A DNA stretch of 11,351 nt, counting the filler, from an uncultured Methanosarcinales archaeon (GTDB lineage: Archaea > Nanobdellota > Nanobdellia > Woesearchaeales > CAYSVS01), in NCBI GenBank assembly GCA_964434475.1. It is 7 parts of 7 records of this genome, joined end to end, with 100 filler letters (N's around TTAATTAATTAA, not from the genome) between each part and the next. Parts side by side here need not be neighbours in the genome. Positions count along the whole stretch, not along the records: positions 6,596 to 8,121 come from CAYSVS010000146.1; positions 8,222 to 9,740 come from CAYSVS010000147.1; positions 9,841 to 11,351 come from CAYSVS010000148.1; 4 more parts are not named here. The stretch is one strand, 5' to 3'. Positions within the stretch are counted from its first letter, which is position 1; every line of letters begins with the position of its first letter. A model generated the notes under the pieces. The model ran no database searches. It was not told the origin of the DNA and saw nothing but the letters and a program-made list of their open reading frames with translations. The translations under genes and the position numbers were made by a program. Of the stretch, positions 6,596 through 11,351 are shown piece by piece.

Positions 6596-8033
6596 GCACC
6601 CCATCGGCAAGGGTCTTTACCAGGCGACCGTTCATATCAAACACCTGCAGAATGGCGGGCCCGGTTTGCGGCACGTGATAACGAATCGTTGTTGATGGAT
6701 TAAACGGATTGGGATAGTTTTGTTTTAATTGGAAATCTTGCACAACAAACCCGGACTGACCGCCAACCGTTGTTGATCCGGCAAACGGCGGCGGATTCTC
6801 CCGCACCTGATCCACAGGCAATGTAATCAGGTTATAGCCCATCCAGTCCTTGGTGACAAAGCGAAACCGGCCAATGCCCATGTCGTAATTGGTCGTCCAG
6901 TTATCCCATTGCGCGGTCATGGATTCCCACCAGTCGCCGCCGACGCACATGAGGTAGCGCGCTTTATCGCGGTCATCCACGCCGTCCGGATCGTCCAGAA
7001 TCAAACGGCATTGTACGGTGACAAAAGCGCCCTCAATATCATCTTTTGGAACTTTAACGCGTCCCGACGAGGGCCAATAGTGAAAATTATACCCATCTCC
7101 GGCGGTAACGGAAATGCCGCCGTCCGGTTCAGTGCGAATATCCGCGGGTTTGCTGATATCATTGACAAAGTCCTCCCGATAGGCGGCTCCCTCGACGCGC
7201 AGCGACTTTTGCAACAGATGCCAGGCGCCATCCGATTTGCTCAGATAGTACATGGCCATATCGCGGATTTGCACGCGGGTGTTGGTGGCTGGATTGCCCT
7301 CGATCCACTCGTAAAGTTGGCCCCAGGCAATGGCCGCGGTCCAGCCCTCCGGCGGCTGCTGTCCGCCGCGCCGCGGTTTTTGTGACCAATCGTACGAGCT
7401 CGGCACACCGTGCGGCAAGCCTTCATGCGGCAAGGTCACATCGCCGATGATGGCGTCAAGGGAATTGTGCGGCGTATAGTCCAATTCGTTATCCACGTGC
7501 TCAAGAATCACATCATCAAGGGTGACGCTTCCATCCATGCCGCCCACATTAATTTTAATGCCCGGTTGTTTGGGTGCGGGTTCGTACAAAAAGAGAATCG
7601 GACCGTGCAGTTCATCTTCTTTGGTGATATCGAGTGTGCTGGAAAAAAACGGGCTGCCGGAGCTGACATCCTCGTGCACGTTAATTGTTATGGATTTCTC
7701 GACATCCGATTGAGCGCGTAACGATATCTGATACATTTCACCTTGTTTCATCGGCACTTCTTTTGATACCAAAATATACCAATCGTACTTGCCCGGCTCA
7801 TACACGTCAATGTGCAGGGCGTTCTCACTGCCGCCGAGTCCGGGGCTTTCGACAAAAAAATCGGCATCCGCATGCGGCGGTTCCGCCCAACTGGAGTTTT
7901 TATCGACAAACCAGGGATACCAGGAACCCATGCCGTTTTCGAAATCACCGTCCGTGATGAGATTTTGTGCGTTTAGAGAAATAGCCGCCAGTAAGCAGCA
8001 AAGAATAAAAAATAATGATGTCAAACGTTGCAT
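6596..8033 (-). CDS. Secreted protein: CBM4/9-like domain, uncharacterised domain and T9SS-type A/FlgD-Ig C-terminal domain, 3' truncated
   Basis: Signal peptide ending SLNA-Q; NLITDGDFENG...W...G.VTLDDV (CBM4_9-like); C-terminal QNYPNPFNPSTTIRY...VFDMNGRLVKTL sorting-domain motif; GAGG RBS. Confidence 0.8.
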
Positions 8034-8121
8034 TGTGCGCCTCGATAATTATTGGAATTCTTACAGTTTGACTATAGTTTCGAGTAAACCGGGCATAAAA
8101 CACCACGCGTCAAACGTTTTT

Positions 8122-8221
8122 NNNNNNNNNNNNNNNNNNNNNNNNNNNNNNNNNNNNNNNNNNNNTTAATTAATTAANNNNNNNNNNNNNNNNNNNNNNN
8201 NNNNNNNNNNNNNNNNNNNNN
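8122..8221. other. Artificial contig linker
   Basis: Same 100-bp N/TTAATTAATTAA spacer. Confidence 0.99.
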
Positions 8222-8223
8222 GT

Positions 8224-8406
8224 TCAATTAAACATGCTTACACCTTATCTACTGTTTGCCTGCTTCTTGGCTTTATAGGGGATAAAGATACAATAAAACC
8301 TATATGGGACATTTACAACTTCTTTAAGGATGAATACCCGAAAACGACATTAAATCAGGGCCCTTTATTTGCGTTATATGAATTTAAAGAGAGAGGTTTG
8401 CTCTAA
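8224..8406 (+). CDS. Hypothetical helical-repeat protein, C-terminal fragment (5' truncated)
   Basis: Open frame from the contig start: SIKHAYTLSTVCLLLGFIGDKDTIKPIWDIYNFFKDEYPKTTLNQGPLFALYEFKERGLL*. LGFIGDKDTIKPI is HEAT/PBS-like. The stop abuts the next ATG (TAAATG). Confidence 0.65.
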   Translation, partial: SIKHAYTLSTVCLLLGFIGDKDTIKPIWDIYNFFKDEYPKTTLNQGPLFALYEFKERGLL

Positions 8407-9740
8407 ATGAACAAACAAAAACTGATACAAGATTTATATTCTAAAGAAAGAGAAAAAGTAAATGATGCTGTAAAAGATATCAAGAAAAATTCGTGGGAAA
8501 AAGATAATGAATATGAGAAAAAAGAGCTTTTTATGGAAATACTTAGCAGATATGACAGTAAAGACAACGAGAATGTAAAGATAACGGTAAGAGGGCTTAA
8601 TGCTGCGCTTTATATCGGAATACCTATCAATTATCTAAAAGAATACAAAGAGATCCTGCTTAATAACATCACAAGTACAGAGGGCACAGTTAGAAGAACG
8701 ATAAATTCTGTCATGGACGGCTTTTTCCTTACTGGCATAATAGGGATTTTCGGAGCAGTTAAAAATCAGATTTATACAAAAGAAGAGACTGATGAGCTAA
8801 ACAGGCTAAATGTTGATTCTTATGTTGAACTGACTAATTTATATGAAAAAGAAAAGGATGAAAGGATTATGTCGAGCATAATGTCTGCGTTTAAGAGATT
8901 TCACTGCATGGCTTTTTATGAACTGATTGATAACACACAACACAAAGAGATATATCAAAAATATGCAAAACCACAGCTGCCTCCAATGAATCTTGACCTG
9001 TCTGAATTCATATCATTGCAAAAGCTTCTAAAAGAAGATACAGAAGAAGTAAAGCATATAAAAAGCCTTTTTGAAAAAGAACAAGAATACAGCGACTTTC
9101 TTGGTGAGATAGAGCATACAATAGCTGAATATGTTTACTATGAAGATGAAGATATTAAAGATGAAGATATTAAAAACATACTAAAAAACATAAAAGAGAA
9201 CTATCTCAAGGACTTGAATTTTTTTAAGCATGAGTTAGAGATAGAGATCATGGAGGTATTAAGTGAGGTACTTGAAGAATATCCTATAACACATCATGAA
9301 TTAAAGCTTATCTTAGACTATCTTCTATGGGCGATTGATAATAGAACATGGATGCAGGATGAACAGGCTTATGTCAAATGGATTGCTTTTTCCCATGAGC
9401 TTTATGATAGCAAAGAATCAAAAGAATACGAAAAGAGCATAGAAGATTTTGGAAAAAAAATGGGCATGCCGCAAAGTGCTATCGATGCCATACTTTTAAG
9501 AAACAATGATTTTAACATCGATGATGAACAGAAAGCATTAGGCAGGGAAGAAAGCGAATTCTTTTCAATGGATAATAATCAGAAGTTTAGCTTTTTGATG
9601 GAAAAGGGAACCTATTTTGCTAATTTAATAAATGATTTTTTGATAGGGCTTAAAGAGATAGGCGATTATAGCACAATTGATAACTTCTACAATGTGTTTA
9701 CAAAAGAATATCCTGATTTTATCCCCATTTATATATTAAT
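8407..9740 (+). CDS. Hypothetical acidic, all-helical protein (HEAT-like N-terminus), 3' truncated
   Basis: Open frame of more than 440 codons to the contig end; E/K/D/L/I-rich; no catalytic motif recognised. Confidence 0.8.
9145..9174 (+). repeat. Perfect 15-bp in-frame tandem duplication (GATGAAGATATTAAA x2, DEDIK-DEDIK)
   Basis: Directly visible in the sequence. Confidence 0.85.
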
Positions 9741-9840
9741 NNNNNNNNNNNNNNNNNNNNNNNNNNNNNNNNNNNNNNNNNNNNTTAATTAATTAANNNN
9801 NNNNNNNNNNNNNNNNNNNNNNNNNNNNNNNNNNNNNNNN
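9741..9840. other. Artificial contig linker
   Basis: Same 100-bp N/TTAATTAATTAA spacer. Confidence 0.99.
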
Positions 9841-11349
9841 GGCTACAGGCGCAGTGGACATTGAAACCGGCACAGGTGGGATTTTCACCGCCATATCGGT
9901 TGGCAACGGATTGTAAAAACTATATGCATCGTTCTGCGGTTCGTAGATAAGCGTGTCGGTTTTGGTTGAAAGTGATGCAATGCCCGGGGCGTATATGTGC
10001 TCGAAATCCCCCGACTCGGCTATCCACTTTGTTACCTGCAAAGAATCTCCATTGTCAGTCGCATTCAGGATATCAATGAGTCGGATTTTGAATTTGTACG
10101 GAACGGCCAGATCTACCCAGCTCCGTTCGGGAATTGTTATGGTGTGTGCGGAGCGTAAGGATGTTGTGAGACCTGCGCCCAGTTGCAGCGTCTCTCCTCC
10201 CTTTTTGGTCTTGATCCAGAAAACTCTCCCGGGATCGAGCTGAAACAAACCGGCGGTCGTGTCGTCATACTCAAGCCAGTTGCCCGTTGACCCCGCAACA
10301 TCATGCCAAACGAAAACCCTGTGCTGCGTGTTGTCATACTCCCAGTCCTCCCCCTCCAAAGCAAGCTGTGCAAGGTATTTGTCCAGGGCTTTGTCGGCAA
10401 GTACCCCAGCCGCGCGGATCGGCGTCCACTTTTTCCCTTCAGGCACAATGGTTCCCAGGCTTTTTGAAATCACCTGGCGGGATATATCGATAGTGTCCGT
10501 GTGGGCGCCATCGGTAACAACTATCCACGCTCGAAGTCCGTAATCATCGCTTGATTGGTCTCCGGAGAATACTCTTTTAACTACGGCGGAAGATGTCTCG
10601 AGAGTATCTTCAAGATCCGACATCGTGGTAATAAATGTCCCGTTGCCTTTGCCATAAATGAGTTTCCAGGCCGGATTGTCAATATTGTCACTCATACTGA
10701 ATGTTACCGGTACGGGGAATCCGGGAGTCAGCGCTTGATTCGTATCAGTCTCAGTGGTGTCAATTACAACCAGCGGCGAGGTCGTATCGGCCAAAACAAA
10801 GAAAGGCGCCCTGAGATCATTTGTTTTCAGCCAAACTACGCCGTTTTCAACGTAGGAATCATATTCAACAAACACACCACCTTTTTGATACCGGTACAGC
10901 CTTAGAGATGTTGTGTCCGACACATATGAAGGAATAGAGTCAAGGCGTATCCCAACGAAAAACTTCGGTGTCTGATATCCCTGAGCGAATTGGAACGGTA
11001 CCCCGAGCAGCGCCGTGCCTTCAGGAAGAACCGCCGCGGCGTCATACGCAAGAAGGGTGTCGGTAATTACCCCGGGAAAAGGGCCTGTATCTTTTCGAAG
11101 AATCACGTTGTTGTTAAATGCGTTGACGGAATCGGCGCCGTCAAAGTATGTGACCACTTCCCAGGTATACGACAACGTCCGCACTCGGCCGACAGAAGAA
11201 TCTGTCGGTGGTGCAAATGCGGCATCGCCGGTACGCTGCCACAATGAGAAATAGTACGTGGTATCGAAAACAATCTCTCGAGAATCGTCAACGATTACAA
11301 ACGTGTCCGGTACGGTGGAGACGTCATTGATGTCGGCATATTCACCGCT
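9841..11349 (-). CDS. Internal fragment of a large secreted beta-rich protein (both ends truncated)
   Basis: The frame is open across the whole contig (503 codons). It continues upstream of the track's TTG at 11244 as SGEYADINDVSTVPDTFVIVDDSREIVFDTTYYFSL. T/D/V-rich with Ig-like motifs (ADTTSPLV, VTDGAHTDTID, PGRVFWIK). Confidence 0.8.
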
Positions 11350-11351
11350 GT

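Noticed and set aside
6909..8121. Several short alternative-frame and antisense ORFs within contig 5 (and likewise in contigs 2, 3 and 7)
   Set aside because: They overlap longer, motif-supported genes and have no independent support.
1..11351. CRISPR arrays, tRNA and rRNA genes
   Set aside because: No regularly spaced direct repeats, cloverleaf or rRNA-like sequence seen by eye.

Overview
This window is not one locus. It is seven short contigs (1559, 1550, 1545, 1541, 1526, 1519 and 1511 bp, in descending length) joined by six artificial 100-bp N/TTAATTAATTAA linkers, and they probably come from several organisms. Contig 1 (AT-rich, archaeal-like) has tRNA m1A57/58 methyltransferase trmI and a decayed secreted FG-GAP/VCBS-repeat gene. 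Contig 2 is exactly one complete 1550-bp IS66-family (ISBst12-like) element. It has perfect 14-bp TIRs, an unannotated 46-aa DUF2080-like gene coupled to the transposase, and a perfect 21-bp palindrome over the predicted transcription start. Contig 3 (bacterial) has the 3' end of rpoD, a near-consensus sigma70 promoter, a ~340-nt structured leader and the 5' part of a Wza/KpsD-like polysaccharide export gene. Contig 4 (GC-rich) looks like a mobile-element cassette: a frameshifted Cys/His small gene, a very acidic 66-aa protein and a DUF932 gene. Contig 5 has a secreted protein with a CBM-like domain, an unknown domain and a T9SS/FlgD-type tail. Contig 6 has two abutting helical-repeat-like hypothetical genes. 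Contig 7 is an internal fragment of a large secreted protein. Family assignments come from motif recognition by eye, with no database searches.
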